DNA from: Octopus sinensis
Lineage: Eukaryota
Direction: 5' to 3'
Assembly (NCBI RefSeq): GCF_006345805.1
Contig: NC_043022.1
Coordinates: forward strand, 24,304,001 to 24,368,000
DNA length: 64,000 nt
The translations under genes were made by a program, and so were the position numbers. Shown in pieces: positions 11,977-23,947 of this stretch. The notes under the pieces are model-generated. The model did no database searches. It saw only the letters and a program-made list of their open reading frames with translations, and was not told the DNA's origin. The stretch's first letter is position 1, and the number at the start of each line of letters is the position of its first letter.

Positions 11977-13600
11977 GGTGGCACACAAGAAAACCATCCG
12001 AACGTGGCCGTAGCCAGTACCGCATCGACTGGCCTCTGTGATGTGGGCACATAACAAACACCATCCGATCGTGGCCGTCCGCCAGCCTCATCTGGCACCT
12101 GTGTCGGTGGCACATAAAAACCAACCGAAGACCCGGCAAGACTAGTCAGGCCATACCCGTGGCCCCCACTTGGGACGTAGTCAGTCCACCTGTGCATACC
12201 TTCCTTCCTTCTTGTGACACTTGTGAAGACCTGTTAAGGCAAGTGAAAATCAAATCAAATCAAAATAGATGAACATCAATGGAATTTGTATCTTTGTGGT
12301 ACCAGTGCCGCCGGTGGCACACAAGAAAACCATCCGAACGTGGCCGTAGCCAGTACCGCATCGACTGGCCTCCGTGCTGTGGGCACGCAACAAACACCAT
12401 CCGATCGTGGCCGTTCGCCAGCCTCATCTGGCACCTGTGTCGGTGGCACATAAAAACACCATCCGAAGACCCGGCAAGACTAGTCAGGCCATAACCCGTG
12501 GCCCTACCTGGGACGTAGTCAGTCCACCTGTGCATACCTTCCTTCTTGTGACACTTGTGAAGACCTGTTGAGGCAGTTGAAAATCAAATCAAGTCAAATC
12601 AAAACAATCAAAATAGATGAACATAATGGAATGTGTACTTTGTGGTACCAGTGCGGTGGCACACCAGAAAATCATCCGAACGTGGCCGTAGCCAGTACCG
12701 CATAGACTGGCCTCCGTGCTTTGGGGACGTAACAAACCCAGCCGATCGTGACCGCCCCAGCCTCATCTGGCACCTGTGTCGTGGCACATAAAAACACCAA
12801 CCGAAGACCCGGCAAGACTAGTCAGGCCATAACCCGTGGCCCCCACTTGGGACGTAGTCAGTCCACCTGTGCATACCTTCCTTCCTTCTTGTGACACTTG
12901 TGAAGACCTGTTAAGGCAAGTGAAAATCAAATCAAATCAAAATAGATGAACATCAATGGAATTTGTATCTTTGTGTACCAGTGCCGGTGGCACACAAGAA
13001 AACCATCCGAACGTGGCCGTAGCCAGTACCGCATCGACTGGCCTCCGTGCTGTGGGCACGCAACAAACACACCATCCGATCGTGGCCGTTCGCCAGCCTC
13101 ATCTGGCACCTGTGTCGGTGGCACATAAAAACACCATCCGAAGACCCGGCAAGACTAGTCAGGCCATAACCCGTGGCCCCCTACCTTGGGACGTAGTCAG
13201 TCCACCTTGCATACCTTCCTTCTTGTGACACTTGTGAAGACCTGTTGAGGCAGTTGAAAATCAAATCAAGTCAAATCAAAACAATCAAAATAGATGAACA
13301 TAAATGGAATTGTATCTTTGTGGTACCAGTGCCGTGGCACACAAGAAAATCATCCGAACGTGGCCGTAGCCAGTACCGCATAGACTGGCCTCCGTGCTTT
13401 GGGGACGTAACAAACACCAGCCGATCGTGACCGTCGCCAGCCTCATCTGGCACCTGTGTCGGTGGCACATAAAAACACCATCCGAGCGTGGCTGTCTGCC
13501 AGCCTCGTCTGGCACCTGTGTCGGTGGCACATAAAAACACCATCCGAGCGTGGCCGTTCGCCAGCCTCGTCTGGCACCTGTGTCGGTGGCAACATAAATC
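11977..13600 (+). repeat. Tandem array of ~340-bp units with a ~675-bp two-unit higher-order structure
   Basis: Units start near 11977, 12313, 12655, 12986 and 13334, and alternate two sets of diagnostic variants. Each unit is a family C minisatellite fragment plus a LINE-like 3' tail ending in (AAATC)n. Confidence 0.9.
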
Positions 13601-13770
13601 ACCCACACTACACTCTCGGAGTGGTTGGCGTTAGGAAGGGCATCCAGCTGTAAAACACTGCCAGATCTGACTGGCCTGGTGCAGCCTTTGGACTCCCCAG
13701 ACCCCAGTTGAACCGTCCAACCCATGCTAGCATGGAAAACGGACGCTAAATGATGATGATGATGATGATG
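13560..13770 (+). mobile_element. SINE family C 3' part with (GAT)n tail
   Basis: GGTTGGCGTTAGGAAGGGCATCCAGC ... AACCCATGCTAGCATGGAAAACGGACG-(GAT)n. Confidence 0.85.
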
Positions 13771-13807
13771 TCTTCAAAAGCATAATGTGGCCAGTAGTGA
13801 TATTAAC

Positions 13808-14345
13808 ATCATCATCATCATTATTGTTTAACATCCGCTTTCCATGCTAGCATGGGTTGGACGATTTTGACTGAGGGCTGGCAAACCAGATGGCTGCACC
13901 AGGCTCCAATCTCGATTTAGCAGAGTTTCTACAGCTGGATGCCCTTCCTAATGCCAACCACTCAGAGAGTGTAGTGGGTGCTTTTTACGTGCCACCAGCA
14001 TGGGGGCCAGTCAGGCGGTACTGGCAACAACCTCACTCGAATCCTTTTACACATGCTACCAGCACAGGTACCAGTAAGGCGACGTTGGTAACAATCATGC
14101 TCGAATTAAGCCCTTTTACGTGCCACTGGTACGGAAGCCAGTTGGCTGCTCTGGCAACGATCACGCTTGGATGGTGCTCTTGGTACCCTACTAGCACGGG
14201 CATAAGTGCCAGTAAGGCGATGCTGGTAATGATCACGCTCGAATGGTGCCCTTTAAGTGTCACTGGCACGGAAGCCGGTTAGCCGCTCTGTCAATGATCA
14301 CGCTCGTATGGTGCTCTTTGCACCCTGCTAGCACAGACGCCAGTC
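13808..14345 (-). mobile_element. SINE family C with two ~138-bp internal units
   Basis: Reverse-complement tail CATCATCAT..TTTCCATGCTAGCATGGGTTGGAC. Internal units start at CCAGTAAGGCGA (14071 and 14209). Confidence 0.8.
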
Positions 14346-15048
14346 ATTGAATTTGATTTTGCTTATCATATCACTGTTTTACTCAAACAATGTAGAGGTG
14401 TTGTCAACATTGATACACACACACGGCTTTGAGTTCGATCCTATATCACAGCACCTTGTCGGTCTTCCGCTATAGACCCAGGCAAAAATAAAAGTGGTAG
14501 ACAGAAACTGTAAGAAACTCAATATATATGTACACACACACACACACAACTGACATTCTGTCAGTTGTGACAATGAGTGTTCTAGTCCAGCCGATCAACA
14601 AAACAGCCTGCTTGTTAAATTAAGTGGTTGAGCACTCCAAGGACACACACACCCTTTATGGAGTTCTCTGATAGACTCAGCATGACCCAGAAAGTGTCAA
14701 GGCCTTCTCTTTGAAATACAGGTAAACTACACACACACACACACTCATATTCTTCACATATATAGGGAAGGAGAACAGTTTGGGGAACCAACATGGGGTA
14801 ACTCTGGAGTAAAGTAACAGGTCACTGGATCAGTTTCATACACACACGCAAACACACACACACACACAAACCATATATGTATTATACAGAAAGAGAGACG
14901 GAGAAAAGGATTGGAAATGTAGGTAGATAACAGAAGCTTTTCTCCTATATTGTAGAAAGAACTACAGGGGGAGGATAGTGTGTGTGTGTATGTATGTATG
15001 TGCATATATATATATACACCTGTATATATATATATATATATATATACA

Positions 15049-15213
15049 GGTGTAGGAGTGGCTGTGTGGTAAGTTGCTTGCTTACAAGCCACATGGTTCC
15101 GGGTTCAGTCCCACTGTGTGGCATCTTGGGCAAGTGTCTTCTACTATAGCTTCGGCCCGACCAATGCCTTGTGAGTGGATTTGGTAGACGGAAACTGAAA
15201 GAAGCCCGTCGTA

Positions 15214-15256
<43 letters not shown>

Positions 15257-15464
15257 ATATGTTTGTGTGTCTGTGTTTGTCCCCCAACATCGCTTGACAA
15301 CCGATGCTGGTGTGTTTACGTCCCCGTAACTTAGCGGTTCGGTAAAAGGAGCCCGATAGAATAAGTACTAGGTTTACAAAGAACAAGTCCTGGGGTTGAT
15401 TTGCTCGACTAAAAGGTGGTGCTCCAGCATGGCCGCAGTTAAATGACTGAAACAAGTAAAATAG
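15049..15464 (+). mobile_element. SINE family A, near full length
   Basis: Head GGAGTGGCTGTGTGGTAAG / GGTTCAGTCCC, CORE-like CTTGGGCAAGTGTCTT, internal (TA/TG)n, tail GACTGAAACAAGTAAAA. Confidence 0.92.
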
Positions 15465-15946
15465 TATATATATATATTATCAATATGTATACGTATACCT
15501 GTGCATGTGTACCTAGGTGTGACAGAAACTACTTAGTCAGTACACATTACTGAGAGAGTGAGTGAAATAGAGAGGGCGACAGAGACAGGGGGTAGAGGAG
15601 GAAGGAAACCCCCCAGCCCATCTGCATGACATCGGCGGCCACCCTCTTACAATGCACCAAGCTGTGCTAAATCAGCTAAGTAAAAGCTGAAGTAAGCCAA
15701 TGTTGAAAATAGATCAGAACACAACAGTAGCAGCAGTAGTAGTAGAACAGCTGAAAGAAAGAAAGAACCAAAAAAAAAAAAAAAAAATCAATTGTAATCT
15801 TAGAGACAGGAGGAAGAGCAGTGGAGCAACTGTTGTAATTGATTTTTATATATAATGTGGCACAGTGTGTGAGAGAGAGAGTGGGAGAGACAGGGTGGGT
15901 TGATCTTGAAGTTACATGGCTAGTGTCACATCAGGAAACAACATAC

Positions 15947-16014
15947 TGTCAAAAATATATGGATGGTTATTGTGACACTGCCACTCATCATTAGGTGCTG
16001 GGTGATGGTGGAGT
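15947..16014 (-). CDS. Candidate internal exon (68 nt) of an unidentified gene
   Basis: Long polypyrimidine tract ending TTTCCGCTATCAG before 16014 and a GTATGT donor after 15947. Two of three frames are open (LHHHPAPNDEWQCHNNHPYIFD or DSTITQHLMMSGSVTITIHIFLT). No homology recognised. Confidence 0.35.
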
Positions 16015-16450
16015 CTGATAGCGGAAAGAGAGAGCGCAAGAGGAGAGAAAACAACAAGCCTTCCATGTTACACAAATAGGAGATGATGGCCTCCATGTCA
16101 GAGTAAAGAAACATGGAGCTTCTTTTATTATTATACAGCACAATCAAGGAGGTGGAGCCGGTAGAACCAACAGCATCATCTTCATCGTTTGACATCAATT
16201 TGCCATGCTGGCATGGGTTGGACAGTTTGACAGGGGCTGGCCAGCTGGAGAGTTGCCAGGGCTCCATTTGACTGTGTTGTCATGGTTTCAACAGCTGGAT
16301 GCTCTTCCTGACACCAACCACTTTATGGAGGGTGCTTAATGCTTTCTATTTTCAACTGGTATGGGTGCATGTTCGTGGCACATGGCACTGGCACAAGTGC
16401 ATTTTTTACGTGCGGAAAAAGAAAAAAATGCTTAGTAGCATTTCTTCTAG

Positions 16451-16843
16451 CTCTTTTACTTGTTTCAGTCATTTGACTGCGGCCATGCTGGAGTACCGCC
16501 TTTAGTCGAGCAAATCGACCCCGGGACTTATTCTTTGTAAGCCCAGTACTTATTCTATCGGTGTCTTTTGCCGAACCGCTAAGTGACGGTGACGTAAACA
16601 CACCAGCATCGGTTGTCAAGCAATGCTATGGGGACAAACACAGACACACACACATACATATATATATATATACATATATACGACAGGCTTCTTTCAGTTT
16701 CCGTCTAACAAATCCACTCACAAGGCATTGGTCGGCCCAGGGCTATAGCAGAAGACACTTGCCCAAGATGCCACGCAGTGGGACTGAACCCGGAACCATG
16801 TGGTTGGTTAGCAAGCTACTTACCACACAGCCACTCCTGCGCC
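16451..16843 (-). mobile_element. SINE family A, near full length
   Basis: Reverse complement of the same head-core-microsatellite-tail layout as 15049-15464. Confidence 0.92.
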
Positions 16844-17554
16844 TGATTTACATTTTGAGTTCAAATTCCACTGGAGTCTACTTTTCATCCTCTCAGGACT
16901 GATGAATAAGGAAAGAACCTGTCAAGTAATCGCTTACACTAACCCTCCCACCCCTGTAACTGCTGGCCTTGTGCCAAATTTTGAAACACTTATATGGCAC
17001 AATGAGAGGGAGGGTGAGGAGAGCAGTGGCGTGCATCATGAAAATGTTCTTGAAACACTTTCATCTGGCATATTTAACTCTTTCACATTCACATTCAAAT
17101 TATTTCGTGGTTAGCGTATTCAGCTCACATTCATAAGGTGGCGAATTCAATACCTATTTATTTACTACCCACAAGGGGCTAAACACAGAGGGGACAAACA
17201 AGGACAGACAAACGGATTAAGTCGATTACAAGTGTCTTCTACTATAGCCTCAGGTAGACCAAAGCCTTGTGAGTGGATTTGGTAGACGGAAACTGAAAGA
17301 AGCCCATCATATATCTGTATGATGGGCTTCTTTCAGTTTCCCCTCCACCAAATCCACTCCCAAGGCTTTGGATGGATGGGAGATTTCGCAGAAGACACAT
17401 GCCTAAGGTGCCATGCAGTGGTATAGAACCCAGAACCATGTGGTTGTGAGGCACACACACATACACGCATCCTGTTATCAGTTCAGGGGATATGGTAAGG
17501 TAAATTTAAGTAAAATACTCAAAAATATTAATAATGAGTTTAAACTTGTTTTAA

Positions 17555-17759
17555 ACCTTTAGCGTTTAAACTGGCCACATCCAACCCAAATACGCGCAAA
17601 CTAGCCAGATCCCACCTCTCACACTGATCCTTCACTATCATTCGAAAACTCTATGGTCACATTGAAATCTCAAAGCTATAGACAGGATAATACAGGATTA
17701 ATTCAAAACAATGAATAAATAGGCAATACGTTTGACAGAGTAATCTGAATGTTAAAGGG
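17555..17759. mobile_element. piggyBac-like MITE (degenerate)
   Basis: TTAA|ACCTTTAGCGTT ... AATGTTAAAGGG|TTGA ends. Related copies at about 45014-45240 and 54725-54925 (the latter ends AATGCTAAAGGG|TTAA). Confidence 0.7.
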
Positions 17760-17857
17760 TTGATAAAATAGCCATACATGCACAAACACACACACACACG
17801 TATATAAATATATGTGTGCCTGTATATATACATATGCACACATGCATATATATATAT

Positions 17858-18178
17858 ATCATCATCGTTTAATGTCCGTTTTCCGTGCTAGCACGGGTTG
17901 GACGGTTCGACCAGGGTCTGGGAAGCCAGGAGGCTGCACCAGGCTCCAGTCTGATCTGGCAGTGTTTCTACAGCTTGATGCCCTTCCTAACGCCAACCAC
18001 TCCGCGAGTGTAGTGGATGCTTTTTACGTGCCAGGGGAGTCTGGCAGCGGCCTCGATCGGTTGGTGCTTTTAACGTGCCACCGGCACGGAAGCCAGTCGA
18101 GGCGGCACTGGCATCGGCCACGCTCGGATGGTGCTTTTTACATGCCACCAGCACAGGTATCACAACTACTATTTCCAT
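17858..18178 (-). mobile_element. SINE family C
   Basis: CATCATCGTTTAATGTCCG..GCTAGCACGGGTTGGAC tail and GGATGCCCTTCCTAACGCCAACC body in reverse orientation. Confidence 0.85.
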
Positions 18179-18450
18179 TGACATATATATATATATATAT
18201 ATATACATTTAAGTAAAGAGGGAGATAAATTGAATATTGATAAATTGAATTTTCCTTTAGAGAACATTCTTTTCTTTGTAGTTTGATCGTAGGTGATCTA
18301 CTTCTAGCATATGGCTGACCACATAGTGGTTTTTAAGCCTTTAAATATACACATGTATATATATGTTGGACAGTTGAACCGTCCAACCCATGCTAGCATG
18401 GAAAGTGGACACTAAATGATGATGATGATGATATATATATATATACATAC

Positions 18451-18515
<65 letters not shown>

Positions 18516-19083
18516 CACATACATACACACATAGATATATGCACATATATATTCACACACACACACATAATAAAAAGATGACATTTAAAAAAAAGAGAAA
18601 AGAATTATTTATTTCACATACGTACAAAAACATACAAATACGCACATACCGACCGAACAAACAACGGTCATAACAAAAGGTTAAGTATTGAATAGATCAG
18701 AACATTTCTTCAGTTTGCTGAACGACAACGATAATAACACACACACACATGAAATATACATATACATATATATATATATATAACAAAGAACGGGGGTTGA
18801 ACAAGGTGAACGGGAAGAAATGTGTTAGTAAATCACAAGCTGATGATGAGAGTAGCAGAACATGAATATCAAGACAGCTCCGCAGAAATGTTGGCAAACT
18901 CCTGGCTTCTCATACACACTGGTTCCATCCACTACCCAGCCCCCCTCCCCCCCTCTCTCTCTCTGTCTCTTCCTCCGCCTCCTCATACACAAACAGATAA
19001 ATCTTATCTGTCTAGAATTAGTAAAGCAAAAGAGGGGAAAATGTGAAGAGAGTTTAGGTCAGCTGCTGTTGATGATGAACCCG

Positions 19084-19602
19084 GCAAAGTGGAACTTCAA
19101 CGTGGTCGCTCAATATGCTAGACATAGTAGCCAGATAGATGGATATATTTCCCTGAGATCCTTGAGATGAAGGTTACAGGAGATAATGTAGTTCATCCAA
19201 CTAACTTAAGCAATACAGAGGAGATGGTCATGGATGGAATACTGTTGGGTATACAAGCAAAGTGGAGCTTCAACATGGTCGCTCAATATGCTAGACATAG
19301 TAGCCAGATAGATGGATATATTTCCCTGAGATCCTTGAGATGAAGGTTACAGGAGATAATGTAGTTCATCCAACTAACTTAAGCAATACAGAGGAGATGG
19401 TCATGGATGGAATACTGTTGGGTATACAAGCAAAGTGGAGCTTCAACATGGTCGCTCAATATGCTAGACATAGTAGCCAGATAGATGGATATATTTCCCT
19501 GAGATCCCCGAGACGAAGGTTACAGGAGATAATGTAGTTCATCCAACAAACTTAAGCAACACAGAGGAGATGGTCATGGATGGAATACTGTTGGGTATAC
19601 AA
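19084..19602. repeat. Three near-identical tandem 173-bp units
   Basis: Units start GCAAAGTGGA at 19084, 19257 and 19430; 519 = 3 x 173. Confidence 0.95.
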
Positions 19603-19989
19603 CTACTACATCAGAGTTGCTCTAGGGTTAAACAACAAAACCTCCAAAACAGGGGATTTCTCTATGTGGCTACACAACTAACCTGAAATAGCAGCCAAAT
19701 CTTCAAATAATGTTCTACTATCTTAAAACAAAAACAAGGCACGTCATCTTTTACTTGTTTCAGTCAGTGGAGTTGACCATACTGGGGCACTGCCTCTAAA
19801 TTGACTCCAGATTCCTTTTTTTGACGAAATTGACCCCTGTACCTTTTTTTTTCTAAGTCTGGTACTTACCCTATCAGTCTCTCTACAGAGCTGCTAAGTT
19901 ACAGGGACATAAACAAACCAATAAGAGGTCAAGTGGTGGTGGGGACAAACATATAGACAAATATATATATATGTGTGTGTGTGTGAGTG

Positions 19990-20316
19990 TGAAGGCGCAT
20001 GGCTTAGTGGTTAGGGGCATTCGGCTCACGATTGTAAGGTTGTGAGTTCAATTCCTGGTGGCGTGTTGTGTCCTTGAGCAAGACACTTTATTTCATGTTG
20101 CTCCAGTTCACTCAGCTGGCAAAAATGAGTTGTACTACATGTATTTGAAAGGGCCAGCCTTGTCACACTCTGTGTCACACTGAATCTCCCTGAGAACTAC
20201 GTTAGGGGTACGCGTGTCTGTGGATTGCTCAGTCACTTGCACGTTAATTTCACGAGCAGGCTGTTCCGTTGATTCTATCAGCTGGGACCCTCGTCATCGA
20301 AACCGACAGAGTGCTC
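19990..20316 (+). mobile_element. tRNA-headed SINE family E
   Basis: A box TGGCTTAGTGG, B box GAGTTCAATTCC, core-like GTGTCCTTGAGCAAGACACTT. Confidence 0.85.
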
Positions 20317-20983
20317 CTATACCTATATATATATATATATATATATATACATAGGAAGGGCATTCAGCCATAGAAATGAAGCCAAATCAGATTGGATCTT
20401 GGTGCAGCTCTCTGGCTTGCCAGCTCTGATCAAACCATCCAACCTATGCCAGCATGGAAAACAGATGATGATGATGATGATTATATATATGTATATGGTG
20501 GGCTCCCTGGTCAGCCCAGGGCTATAGTAGAAGATACTACACAGTGTGACTGAACCAGAAGTGATGTGGTCGGGAAAGAAGCTTCTGGACCACACAGCCT
20601 CTCTCTCTTTCTCTGTCAATACGTTAGCTTAATTTTAATCAATAAAGCAGTATTTTTTTTTTAAATTCCCTATGCAAAGTGCCCCGATAATTTTTAACTT
20701 TGCATGTGAAGTACACAAATAATGTTTTAGTTTGATTTCCAATGCAGTGTAAGGCAATAAAACTGAGAAGCAACACATTGCATAATGTCCTGGGTATGGC
20801 ATATACATTTACCCATTATTTACACTCAAGTCATGCACTTAAGTTGAGAAAAGATCAAAGACTACTGTAAAAGCAAAGGCCATTTTGAATTGTAAATATA
20901 TGTAAAATACTGTCAATAAATATAACAATCAACCAAAACCTAAAACTTTTTATTTTATGATAAAATGAATAATGGGCAAGCAA

Positions 20984-21031
<48 letters not shown>

Positions 21032-21145
21032 GGCATCTGGTAGTCGAAGATACTCTTTTGACCCTTTTGTTATCATATTCTTGTTGGAATACATTTCTTT
21101 TGCTTCAGAAAATATTGAGGAATTTAGTAAAGTAACTTTTGTTAT

Positions 21146-21569
21146 GGATCTTTTCGGTTTGAACGGCAGTTTTTAACTTAATTTCTAAATTTTAACTTAA
21201 TAACTAAACACTTTTAAACTTCGTATACTGGTAGAGTGTGTTTATAAAACATCTTTTTCCTTGGCTTTATTGAGAAAATTCTATAGTTTGTAAGGTATTT
21301 GTTGTTTTTTTTCTTCAATTTCTGCAATTTCAACAAATCAATGACGTCTATTGAGGTGAAAAACATTCTGTGCCATATGAATATGTCCCTCATTTAAGAG
21401 ACAGATTGGGTTTATTTACATTTTTGAAGAAAAAAAAAGATACCCTTCCATCCACCCCTAACCCTAAAACAGATTGAAATGCAATAGATCGATACTAGGG
21501 TCATAATTATGGGTGACAATTTCATATGACACCGCTAGAAAAAAACTGCTGTTCAAACCAAAAAGATCC
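21146..21569. mobile_element. GGATC-TIR MITE (Merlin-like)
   Basis: Same TIRs as 937-1346. 8-bp TSD TTTGTTAT / TTTGTCAT (7/8 match). Confidence 0.9.
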
Positions 21570-22964
21570 TTTGTCATTATGTTGGTGTTTGGTATAGAAA
21601 TTAACATGAAAATTTTGATAGATTTTAATTTAGATCGCTTGAAAACAGAAGGCTTGAGTTACAGAATCAACAGCGGTCTCAGGCAGGGTGATATCAAAAG
21701 GGTTAAGGAGATGGTCACGATTGGAATGCTTTTGACCATAAATCTGCTCAATCAGGGTTGACCCAATCTAAACAACATCAACAACTTACTACATGGATTG
21801 GAAAGCATGGAATAACATCATTGCTAAAGTCTGTCATCCAGTGGCACCCTCAGCAGTGAATTGGTAGAGAGGACAGCCTCCACCCCTCAGGTTGCCAGGT
21901 AGGGATTTTACTTAGTTACTCTTACTTATATTATACAAAGTAAGAGTTAAGGGATAAGGGCTATGGTTTCACTAAGACCCTAGTCGGCCGGGTCTGCAGA
22001 GAAGTTAATATGCTTACATCAGCAGCTTACAAACAGTAGAGTGGTGTATACCAGGGTAAGATAGCAACATATTGTGCACCCTTACAACATTACATAACGC
22101 TATATAATTAGGGTAGGTTTAAGATCAAAGCAGCCAGCTGGGTCAACAAAACAGCTAATTTGACTATGAATAACAAACAAACAATATGGTTGTGTGTATT
22201 ACGGTGAATCAACAATTGATCGTATACCCATTACTACATTATATAAGGTTAGGGTTAAACTAACTTCATAGCAACCAGCTGGGTTTGCATGCAGCACAGC
22301 TGATGTGACTATAGAGCTAACAAATAGCACTGTTGTATACATTCATAGTGGAACAGCAGCAAAATTTAAAAACAATACCCATTTATCAAACCCTATCGTT
22401 ACTGTACAGTAAGTAACCTTATTATCATCACTTGAACAGACTAACCCCTCTCTCTCACACACACAGCATATCAAAAACTAGGGTGAGAGCTAAACTATTT
22501 TGAAGATAAGATATAATGGTGATTTATTGATGTTGTTACTGTTGTGGTTGTCATTGCTATCAGTCAAGGGGAGCAGCCACTCCTCCCATGCAAATAGATA
22601 TATACCTTGTTGTACTGAGATTCCTTCAAGAGTGAGAAACTGAATAGCTGGGGGGTGGGGTTATTGTGTGGTGTAAAAAAGGATGTATAGATAGATAGAA
22701 AGACAGATGGTTAGATATATAGTTATACAGTTAGACAGAAGAAATTCGTTTTCCAACCACATGGTTCTGGGTTCAGTCCCACAGTGTGACACCTTGAACA
22801 AGTGTCTTCTACTATAGCTCCAGCCTTAGCAAAGGCTTGTGAGTGGATTTGGAAGAGGGAAACTGAAAGAAGCTCGTCGTATACATAAACCTGTCCCAGC
22901 GTTGGTTTGTTTACATCTCCGTAACAGCGGTTTGGTATAAGTACCCGGCTTTAAAAAATAATCG

Positions 22965-23106
22965 ATCCTTCGGAATTGGTCTGTCTACATAGTGTCGGTA
23001 TGAGGAGACGTCGTCATTCACCCTCTTTTTCAACCGAGTCTCATTTTATTTATATATGAGGGAAAGTTGTTTTGGTGAATGACACCGTGTACCAATACCG
23101 AAGGAT
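22965..23106. mobile_element. Small inverted-repeat element nested in a family A SINE
   Basis: ATCCTTCGGAATTGGT (22965-22980) versus the reverse complement of ACCAATACCGAAGGAT (23091-23106), 15/16 match. Internal GTCATTCACC is also inverted. No clear TSD. Confidence 0.65.
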
Positions 23107-23220
23107 TACTAATTAAAAAAAAAAGTACTCGGATCGATTCGTTCGACTAAACATTGCGCAAGGCGGTGCCCCAGCACGACCGTAGTCCAAATGACAGAAA
23201 CATTAAAAAATAAAAAGACA

Positions 23221-23603
23221 GGCATAGGAGTGGCTGTGGTAAGTAGCTTGCTTACGAACCACATGGTTCTGAGTTCAGTCCCATTGCGTGGCACCTTGGG
23301 TAAGTGTTTTCTACTATAGGGCCGACCAAAGCCTTGTGAGTGGATTTGGTAGACGGAAACTGAAAGAAGCCCGTCGTATATATGTATGTGCGTGTTTGTG
23401 AGTCTGTGTTCGTCTCCCCCACCCAACATCGCTTGACAACCGGTGCTGGTGTGTTTACGTCCCCGTAACTTAGCGGTTCGGCAAAAAGAGACCGATAAAA
23501 TAAGTACTAGGCTTACAAAGAATAAGTCCTAGGGTCGAATTTGATCGACTAAAGGCGGTGCTCCAGCATGGCCACAGTCACATGACTGAAACAAGTAAAA
23601 GAG
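23221..23603 (+). mobile_element. SINE family A, near full length
   Basis: Canonical head, core-like motif and tail, as in the other family A copies. Confidence 0.92.
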
Positions 23604-23656
23604 TGAGTAAAAAGAGTATAACTTTCGTTCATTCTACACGAGATTGTCACTAGAGC

Positions 23657-23740
23657 GAGAGAGTGACGGAAAAGAGAGAGAGTGACGGAAAAGAGAGAGA
23701 GGGACGGAAAAGAGAGAGAGTGACGGAAAAGAGAGAGAGA
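23657..23740. repeat. 19-bp minisatellite x4 (GAGAGTGACGGAAAAGAGA)
   Basis: GACGGAAAA at 23665, 23684, 23703 and 23722. Confidence 0.95.
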
Positions 23741-23947
23741 TAGGGGAAGGAGAAATGTCGTGGAAATTACACCGGTTGAGTAAAAGGGGAAAGAAACAGG
23801 GGAGACAACTGAGGAAGCCTTGTTGGTTCCCTACCTTTCTCGATATATATACGGTCAGGTGACTCGAAGGTGTCAACGTGGGGGGAGGGGGAGACGGCAG
23901 AAGCAGTAACTTATGTGTGTGTGTGTGTATGTATTATGAGAAATGGC

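Noticed and set aside
12135-12200. Possible HDV-like ribozyme in the LINE-tail part of the tandem unit (GGCCAT..GTGGCC)
   Set aside because: Only a simple hairpin was found; the nested double-pseudoknot order could not be built.
11977-13600. Regular repeat units that might suggest a CRISPR-like array
   Set aside because: Whole units are repeated with no unique spacers, the context is eukaryotic, and there are no cas genes.
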